A program made the position numbers and the translations under genes. 64,000 bases of DNA from the human T2T-CHM13v2.0 reference genome, Homo sapiens. Shown in pieces: positions 47,605-64,000 of the stretch; within the stretch, counting starts at the first letter, position 1, and every line of letters begins with the position of its first letter. Below the pieces are notes generated by a model. That model was given only the letters and a program-made list of their open reading frames with translations. It was not told the origin of the DNA and did not search any database. Location: NCBI RefSeq assembly GCF_009914755.1, contig NC_060946.1; one strand, 5' to 3'.

Positions 47605-48694
47605 TATCTTCGTTTTCAATGTTGTCAAATTTACCATTTACTTGCCTCTGAGTTTTGTGTCAAACTTAGAAAGGCTTTTTCTTTCTGAGATTATTCAGAA
47701 AACATTTCCGATATTTTCCTCTAGTGTTTTTATTATTGAATCTTTCACATTTAAAACTGTTGATCCACCTGTAATTTATTTTGGTATAAGGTATGAAGCA
47801 AGGGTCCAACTTTGTTTTTCTAGATGGCAACTCTGTCGTCTTCCCTCCTTCCTCTAATTTTTTTTTTTTTTTAAGACGAAGTCTCACTCTGTTGCCCAAG
47901 CTGGAGTGCAGCAGCGCGATCTCGGCTCACCACAACCTCCACTTCCCGGGTTCAGGAGATTCTCCTGCCTCCCAGCCTCCCGAGTGGCTGGGATTACAGG
48001 CATGTACCACCACACCCGGCTAATTTTGTATTTTCAGTAGAGATGGGGTTATCACTATGTTGGCCAGGCTGGTCTTGAACTCCTGACCTTGTAATCCGCC
48101 TGCCTTGGGCTCCCAAAGTGCTGGGATTACAGGCGTGAGTCACCGCACCCAGCCCCTTCCTCTAATTTTTGAGGCTATCTTTATCACATAGGACAGGAAT
48201 AGTCTCCTTTCGTTACTTTTGTTTTCGACAATTTCCTGGCCACTGCTAGCTTTTTACATTTGAATTTTAGAATCAAGTTTCTGTAATTGCCCCAAATAAA
48301 CCCTCTTGGTATTTTAGGGGGTTATGTTAAACATCTAGGTTAATGTAGAGATAAATAGCATTTTTATAATGGACACAGTGGATCTTTTTAACTGTCCAGC
48401 CATCCTCTGGGTCCATTTGGAAGTCTTATAAGTCATCTTCCTACAGATCTGGCACATATTTGTTACATTTATTCCCAGACATTTCACTCCATGCATGGCC
48501 AAGCCCTCGGGGCACTTTCCCATGCTCTTTACAGTGGTCTGTCTGGCTCTCCTGGACTTTCCAGGACTGTGCTCGTGCATGTACTTCTGTCTGATTCTTC
48601 TGCTGGCACCTCTGGGACTATATTGGCAGCAGTGGAGATGGCAACATTTCAAGCACTGCCCGCCCTGAGCAGGGTGTGGGTGCTTGGATTGACA

Positions 48695-48729
<35 letters not shown>

Positions 48730-48948
48730 AGACGAAGTCTTGCTGTTGCCCAGGCTGGAGTGCAGTGGCGCGATCTCGGCTCACTGCAGGTTCCGCCCCC
48801 CGGGGTTCACACCATTCTCCTGCCTCAGCCTCCCGAGTAGCTGGGACTACAGGTGCCCGCCACGTCGCCCGGCTAATTTTTTGTATTTTTAGTAGAGACG
48901 GGGTTTCACCATGTTAGCCAGGATGGTCTCGATCTCCTGACCTCATGA

Positions 48949-49239
<291 letters not shown>

Positions 49240-50323
49240 TGATCCACCCACCTCGGCCTCCCATAGTGCTGGATTACAGGTGTGAGCCACCACGTCTGGC
49301 CGGACACAAACTTTTACCATTTTAAGAAAAAAAAAAATCTTATAATCCTTTCGGGGGCCAAGGCAGGAAGACTGCTTGAGGCCAGGACTTTAAGATTAGA
49401 CTGGGCAGCCAGGCACCATGGCTCACACCTGTAATCCCAGCACTTTGGGAGGCCGAGGTGGGCAGATCACTTGAGGCCAAGAGTTCGAGACCAGTCTGGC
49501 CAACATGGTGAAACCTCATCTCTACTAAAAGTACAAAAATTAGCTGCATGGTGGTGCACACCTGTAATCTCAGCTACTTGGGTGGTTGAGGCATGAGAAT
49601 CACTTGAACCTGGGAGGCGGAGGTTGCAGTGAGCTGATATCGCACCACTACTCTGTGACAGAGCAACACTGTGCCTCAAAAGAAAAAGAAAAAGAAGGGA
49701 AAAAAAAAGACCAGATGGGGCAACACAGAAAGACCCCATCTCTTAAAAAAAATTAGCTGGGCATGGTGGCACGCATCCATAATTCCATCAATTTGAAATG
49801 CTGAGGTGGGAGTGTTGCTTGAGCCCAGTATTTTGAGGCTGCAGTGAGCTATGATGACACCATTGCCCAGCCTGGGCAAAAAAGTGAGACTCTGTCTCTT
49901 AAAAAACAAAACAACACAAAAAAGTTCACTGCATGGATCATGAATGGAGGGAGGAGAAAGAAGATATGAGACATTGTGGGTGCAATTAGGAAAATCTGAA
50001 CGTGGACTCAATGTCAGATGAAATTATAGAATGATTACACATTTCTTTTTCATTTTTATGTTTTTAGAGACAGGGTTGCTACGTTGCTCAAGTTGGACTT
50101 AAACTCCTGTGCTCAAGTGATCCTCCCACCTCAGCCTCCCAAATAGCTGGGACTAAAAGCACTCGCCATGGAACATGGCTCAATCATAAATTTTCTTACA
50201 TCATGATAGTATTACAGGTATGTCAAAGAATCTCCTCATCCTTAGAGAGGCGAACTGAAGTTGTTAGAGATAAATTGTCATGATATCTATAACTTACTCT
50301 GAAGTGAATATGCAAAATGTTAA

Positions 50324-50680
<357 letters not shown>

Positions 50681-50683
50681 TAG

Positions 50684-50992
<309 letters not shown>

Positions 50993-51164
50993 TAGTAGAG
51001 ACGGGGTTTCACAGTGTTAGCCAGGATGGTCTCGATCTCCTGACCTCGTGATCCTCCCGTCTCGGCCTCCCAAAGTGCTGGGATTACAGGCGTGAGCCAC
51101 CATGCCCAGCCTCCCAAACTTAATTCTTTAAACATTCATTTTTGGGGCTGGGCGCGGTGGCTCA

Positions 51165-51461
<297 letters not shown>

Positions 51462-51639
51462 TCAACCTCCTGGGCTCAAGTGATGCTTCTGCCTCAACCT
51501 CCCAAGTAGTTGGGACTATAGGCATGCACCATCATGCCTGGCCAATTTTTAAAAAAATATATTAAAAAAAAATTATTACTACTTTTCTGTAAGTCAGGAA
51601 TTATGTCAAAATAAAGACTTAAAAGTTTTAAAAAGTTGT

Positions 51640-52640
51640 TCACACCTCATATCCATTAGGATGACCACTATAAAAAAACAACAAAACAAACAAACAAAAA
51701 GTAGGCCGGATATGGTGGTTCACATCTATAATCTCATGTCCATAATCCCAGCACTTTGGGAGGCTGAGGTGGGAGGATTGCTTGAGCCCAGGAGTTTGAG
51801 ACCAGCCTGGGAAACATAGTAAGATTCTGTCTCTACAAATAATTTTTTTAAAAAACTGGCCAGGCATGGTGGTGCATGCCTATAGTCCCAGCTACTTGGG
51901 AGGCTGAGGCAGAAGCATTGCTTGAGCCCAGGAGGTGGAGCCATGATGGTGCCCCTGAACTCCAGCCTAGGTGACAGAGCAAAATCCTGTCTCAAAAAAC
52001 AAAACAAACAAAAAACCAGAAAATAACAAGCTTTAGCAAGGATGTGGAGAAACTATAACCCTTGTGCACTGTTGGTGGGAATGAAAAGTGGTGCAACTGC
52101 TATGTTCCTCAGAAAATTGTCAATAGAATGATCTAGCAATTCCACTTCTGGGAATATAGCCAAAGAACTGAAAGCAGAGTCTCAGACATTTGCACACCCA
52201 TGTTCATAGCAGCATTATACACAATAGACAAGAGATGGAAGCAAACCAAGTATCCCTTGATAGGTGAATAGACAAACAAAATGTGGTATATCCATAAAAT
52301 GGCACACTATTCAGCCTTCAAAATGAAGGAAATCAGGTCACATGTTATAACACACATGAACCTTAAGGACACGATGCCAAATGAAATAAGCAAGTGATAA
52401 AGGGCTAATGCTGTATGATTCTACTTATGAGGTACTTAGAATAGTTTAATTCATAGAGACAGAAAGTAGAATGGTAGCTGCCAGGGCCTGGGGGTAAAGG
52501 AGAAAAGGGAGTTGTGGTTTAGTGGGTATAGAGTTTCAGATTTGTAAGATAAAAAAGTTCTGGAGATCTGTTTCATAATAATGTGAATAATCGTAATATT
52601 ACTGAACTAGATGGTAAGTGTTATTTGTGTTTATTATTTT
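51640..52640 (+). mobile_element. L1M-type 3' end (interrupted by an Alu at about 51704-52015)
   Basis: AGCAATTCCACTTCTGGGAATATA, TGTTCATAGCAGCATTAT, AAAATGTGGTATATCCATA motifs. Confidence 0.8.
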
Positions 52641-53062
52641 AGAACCACAATTTTAAAAAATTGTTCACCAAGTACCCAGTAGCAGGGGAATGACCAAATA
52701 AATAGAGGACATCGACAGCACGGAACACTCCACAGCACAGAGAGTGAGGGCCATCTCTACTGCTGGTGCCTGGGACCTCCAGGATGTCACAGGTACAGAA
52801 TGGCAAACCAGTATGCTGCCTCTGGTGTGAGATGGGGGAGAAAAATATTTCTTGGGTCAGCTTGTTCAGGTCCTCGATCCCTTGTCCAAACTCTTTAAAT
52901 CAAGTGTATTTTAGAATTCAGAAGGTTCCAACGTGAGAAATACTGTACACATGCCACATAGGATCTTACATCCCACGGGATCTGGGTCGGTGCCTCCTCT
53001 TCAAACACCTTAATATGCCCCCCAAAAAAGTATAAAGACTCACACTAGGATAAAAAATATAA

Positions 53063-53335
<273 letters not shown>

Positions 53336-53456
53336 TAGCCAGGATGGTCTCGATCTCCTGACCTCGTGATCCGCCTGCCTCGGCCTCCCAAAGTACTGGG
53401 ATTACACGCGTTGGCCACCGCGCCCGGCCTACGCCAAACATTTCTTTAAGACGTTT

Positions 53457-53722
<266 letters not shown>

Positions 53723-54232
53723 TTAGCCGGGTGTGGTGGCATGCACCTGTACTCACAGCTACTCAGGAAGCTGAGGTGGGAGAATCACTTGAACCTGGTA
53801 GGCGGAGGTTGCAGTGAGCAGGGATCATGCCACTGCACTCCCGCCCGGGCGACAGAGAGAGACTCCATCTCAAAATAAAAAAAAATTAAAAAAAAATTTT
53901 TTTTTCTTTTGTAAACGGAGTCTTGCTCTGTCGCGCAAGCTGGACTGTAGTGGGACCATCTTGGCTTGGCTCGGCTCACTGCAGCTTCAACCTCCAGGCT
54001 CAAGCAATCCTCTCACCTCAGCCTCCCAAGTAGTGGGGACTACAGGTGTGTGCCACTGTGCCCAGCTAATATTTGTATTTTTTGTAGAGATAGGGTTTTG
54101 CCATGTTGCCTAGGCTAATCTCAAACTCCAGGACTGAACTGATCTGCCCACCCCAGTCTCCCAAGGTGCTAGGGTTATAGGTGTGAGCCACCCTGCCCAG
54201 CCCCAAAAGTTTTTTGGTTTTTGTTTGTTTTT

Positions 54233-54512
54233 GAGAGATGGACCCTTGCTATGGTGTCCAGGCTGCAGTGCAGTGACATGATCCCACTACTCAACAGCAT
54301 GGGAGTTTTGACCTGGTCCATTTCCATCCTGGGCCGGTTCACACCTCTTTTTAGGCAACCCTGCTCCAGGAAGGTCACCATATTGATGCCAAATTTAGTG
54401 TGGATACCCTGTTGGCATGGCACACTGCAACCCAGAACTTCTGGGCTCAAGCAATCCTCCGGCCTATTCTCCCAAGTAGCTGAGACTATAGGTTTGAGCC
54501 ACCACGCCCTGC
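54233..54512 (-). pseudogene. 7SL (SRP) RNA pseudogene (probably RN7SL812P)
   Basis: Contains the S-domain absent from Alus (GGCATCAATATGGTGACC...GGTGTGAACCGGCCCAGG...CAGGTCAAAACTCCC). Confidence 0.88.
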
Positions 54513-54826
54513 TCAAAAAACTTTTTAACTGTGAGAATGGATGCTGAATGTTATCACATGCCTGCTCACCATGTCTGCAGATATGCTATATAGACACGTA
54601 TGCAGATATGTTGGGTTGTCATGAATTGATGGAATGCCATGATTCCCTGGCATGTAACTAGTAAGACAGATTCCCTAGCATGAAACCAATTTTTTTTTTT
54701 TGAGACAAGGTCTTGCTGTGTCACCCAGGCTGGAGTGCAGTGGCACACTCACAACTCATGGCTCACTGTAGCCTTGACCTCCCCAGGTTTAAGTGATCCT
54801 CCCACCTCGGCCTCCCCAGAAGCTGA

Positions 54827-56455
<1,629 letters not shown>

Positions 56456-57015
56456 CTAATTTTTGTATTTTTAGTAGAGACGGGGTTTCGCCATGTTGGC
56501 CAGGCTGGTCTCCAACTCTGGACCTCAGGTGATCCACCCGCCTCAGCCTCCCAAAGTGCTAGGATTACAGGCATGAGCCACCGTGCCCAGCTTTGTTTGT
56601 TTTTTTCTTTTTGAGGCAGAATCTCACTCTCTCATCCAGTCTGGAGTGCAGTGACGCGATCTCAGCTCACTACAACCTCCACCTCCCAGGCTCAAGCGAT
56701 TCTTGAGCCTCACCCTCCTGAGTAGCTAGAATTACAGGTGTGCACCACTACGCCCAGCTAATTTTTGTATTTTTAGTAGAGATGGGTTTTTGCCATGTTG
56801 GCCACACTGGTCTTGAACTCCTGGCCTCAAGTGATCTGCCGGCCTTGGGCACCCATTGTGCTGGGATTACATGCGTGAGCCACTGTGACCAGCTCTAATT
56901 TTTGTATTTTTTGTAAACATGGGGTTTCGTCACGTTGCCCAGGCTGGTCTCGAACTCTTGGGCTCAAACAATCTGCCCACCTTGGCCTTGCAAAACGCTG
57001 GGATTATAGGTGTGA

Positions 57016-57228
<213 letters not shown>

Positions 57229-59000
57229 TGAAACTGCTCTGAAAAAATTTAAATGGCATTGGAGTCTTTTCATAAAAGGCACACCTACCCTGGAAAACAT
57301 CTGGGCTTTGTGTTTTGTGGGGAATACAACTTTCTCTCTCTTTTGGGGATAAAGTGCTATTAATTTTTTAAAAATAAAATCATCAATTGTATCCAAACTT
57401 TTAAAGTAACAGACATTGAGTTCAGCTAAGCAGTCTTTTATAATTCACAGATGGAATGAAAACTAAGGGAGGGACGAGGTGACCCATGGAGGTTGTATAA
57501 AAAGGACAGAGCCTTTGGGCTCTTCAGACTATAAGGGTCCAGGAGGAGAGGAGAAACCACCTCAGAAGCATACAAGGTTAAAGCATACAAGGTGGGTGTA
57601 GGGTCAGGGGAGCCAAAGTAAGTGTGCAATGAAAAGTTATTAACAAAAGTCAAAAAAAGAAAATGCAGTCTGGCCATCCAATTCCTAAACCATGTACAGA
57701 GTACACAGAAAGAGCACAGGAGGCTTCCTGCAGCAGGGCAGTACAGCTCTCTGCCCTTCAGGAAAACTGAGATTCCTCCACCTGGGAAACAGCAAGGGAC
57801 AATTAGGGAAAGCTCTCCAGAGGAGGAGGCATCTCAGGTGGGCCAAAGAAGAAAAATTTCCACAGGACAGAAAAGGCAGAGAAGAGGACAGGCATGGTGG
57901 CTCACGTCTGTAATCCGAACACTTCGGGAGGCCAAGGCAGGCGGATCACCTGAGGTCAGGAGTTGGAGACCAGCCTGGCCAACATGGCAAAACCCCGCCT
58001 CTACTAAAAATACAAAAATTAGCCGGGTTTGGTGGCACACGTCTGTAATCCCAGCTACTCAGGAGGCTGAGGCAGGAGAATCACTTGAACCCGGGAGGCA
58101 GAGGTTGCAGTGAGCCGAGATTGCCCCACTGCACTACAGCCTGGGGGACAGGGCGAGACTCCATCTCAAAACAAACAAACAAAAGGCTGGGCGTGGTGTG
58201 GCTCACACCTGTCATCCCAGCACTTTGGGAGGCCAAGGAGGGCAAATCACAAGGTCAGGAGTTCGAGATCAGCCTGGCCAACATGGTGAAACCCTGTCTC
58301 TACTAAAAATACAAAAAATTAGCCGGGCGTGGTGGCGCACACCTGTAGTCCCAGCTACTCGAGAGGCTGAGGCAGGAGAATTGCTTGAACCCGGAGGCAG
58401 AGGTTGCAGTGAGCCGAGATCACACCACTGCACTCCAGCCTGGGTGACAGAGTGAGATTCCGTCTCAAAAAAAAAAAAAAAAAAAAGAAATTTATGTTCT
58501 TTGTAAAATAATTCAGACAATGCAGTAAACAGAAGAAATTCAGCCTCCCTCTCCCTTTGCCCTTTGCTGAGTCCCCACGGTGCAGCAAGATCCTTCCAGA
58601 TCTTCATGGTTGGGATCATCTTCCACCAGGTCCTGAGGTTTTTCACTCCCTATCAGTAGACACACCACACTGCCCAGTTTGCAAGTAGCTCCATTGGATA
58701 ACACAGAAAGGCTCTGTCCTGCACCATGTCTCAGCACTGGGTGCATCGTCCCACAGGAATGACACCTAGACACCCAACATACAACTGCAGGGCCCTAAAC
58801 TATGGGCCAGCCCACCCCTAAATGCCCTTCTCTCTACCCTTGCCCATATCAAATATTACAAGCCTCTCACACATATTTACCAGTCATACTGGGAAAAAAA
58901 TAGTCCTTTATCATTTTAACATTTCACAAGTAACTAAAACAAATAATAAACATGCTAACACTTGGGAATGGTCTATTTCTTTTCTTTTTTTTTTTTTTGA

Positions 59001-59105
<105 letters not shown>

Positions 59106-59289
59106 TGAGTAGCTGGGATTACAGGCATGTGCTACCACGCCCAGCTAATTTTGTATTTTTAGTAGAGACAGGGTATTGCCATGTGGGTCAGGCTGGTCTC
59201 CAACTCCTGACCTCAAGTTATCCGCCCTCCTTGGCCTCCCGAAGTGCTGGAATTATAGGAGTGAGCCACCAAGCCTGGCCTCTTTCTAG

Positions 59290-59941
<652 letters not shown>

Positions 59942-60959
59942 TAGTGATGCATTGTAATCATCCCGGAGAGCAGGACACCTCTCATAAGAGGTTTACCCAA
60001 GGGGGGCTGTGGAAAGGGCTAGAAATTGCTCCTGGAGGACGTGGAAAGCCACATAAGGTTTTTGACAGATTAGCGAAAGGCTGCCTACACTGTCATCTTC
60101 AGAAAGAGTGGTATGACACTAAATCAAGAAGGGCTGAGAGGGTGAGCCCAGGGGATCCCATAGGCTCCGCAGCCTCTGGCCATCCTCTCCTATACAGGTC
60201 CTAAGTCCCCTGCAGGGGGCCCTCAGCTCCTCTACCCTACCCACTGTCCTGTATGTTATCTTAATGCTTATTAAAGGCCTCAGCTGAATTTCCCTGGTGA
60301 ACTGAAAGAATTCTGCTGCTCCTGGACACATCTGCACCAAGCCACCACTGGGTCACATTCTCCAAAACTCCTTCTGGAGACAGAAGGCACTTAAACCATA
60401 CATATTTTGCTTGATAGTTCCTAATTAAAAAAATAGAGAGAGATAAAGAGAAAGAGAGAGAGAGAGAACTACAACTAAGCCTTGAAGACAAAATGATTGA
60501 ACAGAATCAGAGCTAGAATGGAACACCTCAGGCTTGGAGTCCCATGACAACCTTGCTGGGGACCACGAGTGGCCCTCAGTCCTTCTCAGGCTCATGCCAC
60601 CTATGTGAAATAAGGGTGGTGACACCCACCTCCTTGAGTGCAGAGCAGTGCAGACAACAGGGCAAATGGTGTATTGATCTCCTATCTGTGTACATAAATT
60701 TATTCATTTAAGCCATGGGTATTGTTTGAATATGTGAAAACCATGTCAGGTGCTAGGGATAAGAGACAGATTCCAACCCAGTGGAAAAGACAGATAAGCC
60801 AGTGGTTCCTCACACTGTGCCAAGTGCTGGGATGGGGTCACGAAGGAGGCCATAAGAAACCCCAGAGGGGCCACAGAGCTCACTGGGAGGGCCAGAGGCT
60901 AACACCTGAGGGATGAGAGGTGTGAGCCAGAAGGTGATGCATACACAGCAATAATTACT

Positions 60960-61105
60960 GACGGAGGGGAGGAATGGTAAGGGAGGGGAGGGGAGGGGAG
61001 AGGAGGGGAGGGGAGGAGAGAAAGGAGGAAAGAAAAGAGAAAAGAAAAGAGAGAGAAAAGGAAAAGAAAAGGAAGAGAAGAGAGGGAAGAGAAGAGGAGG
61101 CAAAG
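60960..61105. repeat. Polypurine (GGAGG/GAAAA) low-complexity tract
   Basis: About 145 bp almost purely A/G on +. Confidence 0.9.
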
Positions 61106-61308
61106 CCCAAGAAACAGGATCACTGAATGAAAAATGAACTCTAAGACCCCCTTCTGTCTCTCACACTTGTTGACTAAGTCATAGCCACAAGGAGTAGGGG
61201 AGGCTCTGAGGTGAGCAGGAGACCAGCCACTGTCACCGCCAGTACCTTTACTAGCAGAGCCAGGATTACCTTTGTTATTCTTCTTACAAACAGCTCTAGT
61301 GAACTCAC

Positions 61309-61535
61309 CTGAAGTAATCGCAGGACGCAGCCAGCAGGATGCGATGGGCCTCGATGTGTCTGCCCTCCACCACCAGCACAACATCGAAGAGGATTCCGCT
61401 GTCCCGGAGAGCCAGCAGCCCTCGGAGCAGAGCCTGGGAGTGCTGTGCGCTGCGGTAGGTGTTGTTCACGCAGTGTGGGTGTGAGGGCTGTGCAGGCAAC
61501 TTGCAGAGCTGGGTGAACTCCTGCTCCTCTGCCAT
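61309..61535 (-). CDS. KLHL22: KLHL22 first coding exon (MAEEQEFTQL...AASCDYFR, BTB N-half), 227 coding nt; exon acceptor at 61568
   Basis: BTB motif FDVVLVVEGRHIEAHRILLAASCDYF; donor AG|GTGAGT. Confidence 0.96.
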
Positions 61536-62749
61536 CCTGACAGCCACAAGATCCCTTACAACTGTGGCCTGACAGTTGGCAAAACAGGGGACAGGGGTGA
61601 GCAGGCAGGCATCAGCCCCACCACACACAGACTGGCCAGCTCTGTTGCTCCCCTTGCTCCTGTGCCTCCCTCAGGCTCACCTGTTTTCCCTCTATTTCCA
61701 AATCCCCTAATTCCTTCTCCCCTCCCACCTCTAGTCCAACTTCCTGATGGCCTTCTTCCTGATGACCTGTGTGCCATCATGCCCAAGACTCTTCATCTCA
61801 TTGTATCTTCTTCAGCGGCAAAGTCAAACAGAAGGGTTTTGGGAAACAGACTGACCTGGGTTGGAGCCCAACTCCACAGGGACTTACAACATGACCAAAC
61901 TGAGCCTCGAGCTCCCCAATTTTAAAAAGAGAGATAAAAGTACCTACCCCATTGGGGTATTCTAAAATTGGTAAAACAATGAACATGAAGCATAAGCACA
62001 CACCAGGTTCTCAAGAGCTCTTCCTCCCTCCCATTGAATGAACAAAATTGGGTTCTTCCTCATAGTAATGGATGCATAAAAATGGCAAGACCTGAGTAGT
62101 GGTCAGGAGACACACAGCCAGGAGTCTGGGAGGTGGGTGCCAAGGGGGTGGCATTTCCAGGGCCTACTTTCCTTTACTGAAATTCTGAGAGTCAAGCACA
62201 GTAACTGTGATTGAACCTGATGCATTTAAATTCATCTGCATTGCCTTTTAAATTAAAGATTATCTTCTAATAATTGAGTCAGTACGTTCAAAAACCGCAA
62301 ACTGATTTGAATTGGAGCCTCTAAAACCTAATCAGTAAAATGAACCTACTGCAAATGCACTTTTGCCATGGACCAACCAAAAGTGACTGTGGATAGCCAG
62401 CTGTTCAGGTCAGGGAGTGGCCAGTCCCACACTGTGAGGCATGGCCAAGCTGCAGGCTCTGTAGGCACAGCACAGTCAGCTACAAGATGTGAACATCTGT
62501 CTTCTCCACCTCACTTCATCCTACTTTCCTCTCCCCAAAATATGTTTATTCTCCAATTACCTCCAGTCATGCATCACTTAATGTTGGGGATACATTCTGA
62601 GACTTATATCGCTGGAGGCAATTTCCTCAGTGTGTGAACATCAAAGGGTACACCTACACAAACCTAGGTGGTAGAGACTACTACACATCTAGGCCATAAG
62701 GTACAGCCAATTGCTCCTAAGCTACATACTTGTACAGCATGTTACTGTA

Positions 62750-63877
62750 GTTCTGAATGAAAAAAACACACTGTTTTTCCTCTCCTCTTATACCACAACA
62801 ACAAACACAGGAGACTTCTGTGACCAAATGTGTGAGGGTTTTTCCCCATTAACAAGCAAGCAATCAATTCTGCCACAGATACCAGCTGGGTGTCTTCTAA
62901 TTCAGCAGTCCCCAATCTTTTTGGCACTAGGGACCACTTTCTTGGAAGACAATTTTTCCACGGGGTCGGGGAATGGTTTCGGGATCAAACTGTTCCACCT
63001 CAGATTATCAGGCATTAGCTAGATTCTCTTTCGGAGCACACAATCTGGACCCCTCACATGCATGGTTCACAACAGGGTTTGTGCTCCTATGAGAATCTGA
63101 TGCCACCTCTGATCTGACAGGAGGTGGAGCTCAGGTGGTAATGCTGGATCACCCTCCACTCACCTCCTGTTGTGCCACCTGGTTCCTAACCAGCCACAGA
63201 CTGATACAGGTCTGAGGCCTGGGGGTTGCGGACCCCTGCTCTAATTCAACTCTAACACTACCTGGAGACAGTGTCTGATCCCACAGGTTGAGGGCTGAGT
63301 CTCCCAGGTTGTTTCACCTGTGCTTCTGACCAATAGGCTATAAATTGGGTTCCCAAGATCCCCTTCTTGGGTTCAACTAATTTGTTAGAGCGACTCACAG
63401 AACTCAGGAAAATACTCATGTCTACTGGTTTGTTATAAAGGGTATTGCAAAGGATACAGATGAAGAGATGCATGGGGCCAGACATGTGGGAAGTGGTGCA
63501 GAGCTTCCAGGCCCTCTCCAGGAACATCACTCTTTAGGAGCCTCCATGTGTTCAACTATCCAGAAGTTTTCCAAACCCAGTCATTCAGAATTTTTATGGA
63601 AGCTTCATTATGTAGGCATGACTGATTAAATCACTGGCCATTGGTGATGAACTTAATCTTCAGCCTGTCTCCCCTCTCCGGAGGTTGAGAGGTGAGGCTG
63701 AAAGTCCCAACCCTCTTATGCCTGCCTTGGCCTTTCCTGTCACCAGCCCCCATCCTGAAGCTACCTAGGGGCTGCTGGCCAGCATACAAAAAGGCATCAC
63801 TCTGGAAAGTCCAAAGATTTTAGAAGTTGTATGCCAAGAAATGAGACAAGACCAAATATATATTTCACAATATCACA
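62750..63877 (-). mobile_element. MER21-type solo LTR
   Basis: Right end is the reverse complement of TGTGATATTGTGAAATATATATTTGGTCT (recalled MER21 start). Confidence 0.75.
62903..63238. mobile_element. MER1B-like hAT-Charlie element inside the LTR
   Basis: 336 bp, TIRs CAGCAGTCCCCAA / TTGCGGACCCCTG, 8-bp TSD TTCTAATT / CTCTAATT. Confidence 0.85.
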
Positions 63878-64000
63878 GTACTGAATACTATAGGCAACTG
63901 TAACACAATGGAATTTGTGTATCTAAACACAGACAAGGTACAGTAAAAATATGGGACCACCATCCTTCATGTGGTCTGGTCTGTCATTGACGGAAACATC

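Larger units (their letters stand above)
62564..64000. mobile_element. Tigger3/MER7-type DNA transposon split by an LTR
   Basis: CAGTCATGCATCACTTAA start; CAGCATGTTACTGTA resumes as GTACTGAATACTATAGGCAACTGTAACACAATGG at 63878. Confidence 0.75.

Overview
Human (primate) genomic DNA, recognisable as the SCARF2-KLHL22 locus at chr22q11.21. Both genes lie on the minus strand. SCARF2: coding exons 1-9 are present (ATG 10026; 1540 coding nt down to 1497) and the remaining exons lie left of the window. KLHL22: all six coding exons are present (ATG 61535 to TAG 14345; exon lengths sum to 1905 nt = 634 aa), with AATAAA at 13817-13822; the non-coding first exon is probably right of the window. I placed exon borders by reading GT/AG and checking phase. 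KLHL22 introns are crowded with retroposed material: a full-length antisense KLHL12 processed pseudogene, a KRT18 processed pseudogene nested inside Alus, two Y1 RNA pseudogenes, a 7SL pseudogene, roughly 55-60 Alu copies or fragments, plus L1, LTR and DNA-transposon relics. I see no evidence of a new protein-coding gene or exotic system. The best leads are regulatory: (1) a (UCCA)n microsatellite carrying UGCAUG units, a candidate composite NOVA/RBFOX element just downstream of frame-shifting KLHL22 exon 3; (2) the antisense KLHL12 retrocopy with a CpG-preserved 5' end; (3) nested insertion stacks and near-zero-spacer inverted Alus. Repeat family names and boundaries are by eye and approximate.
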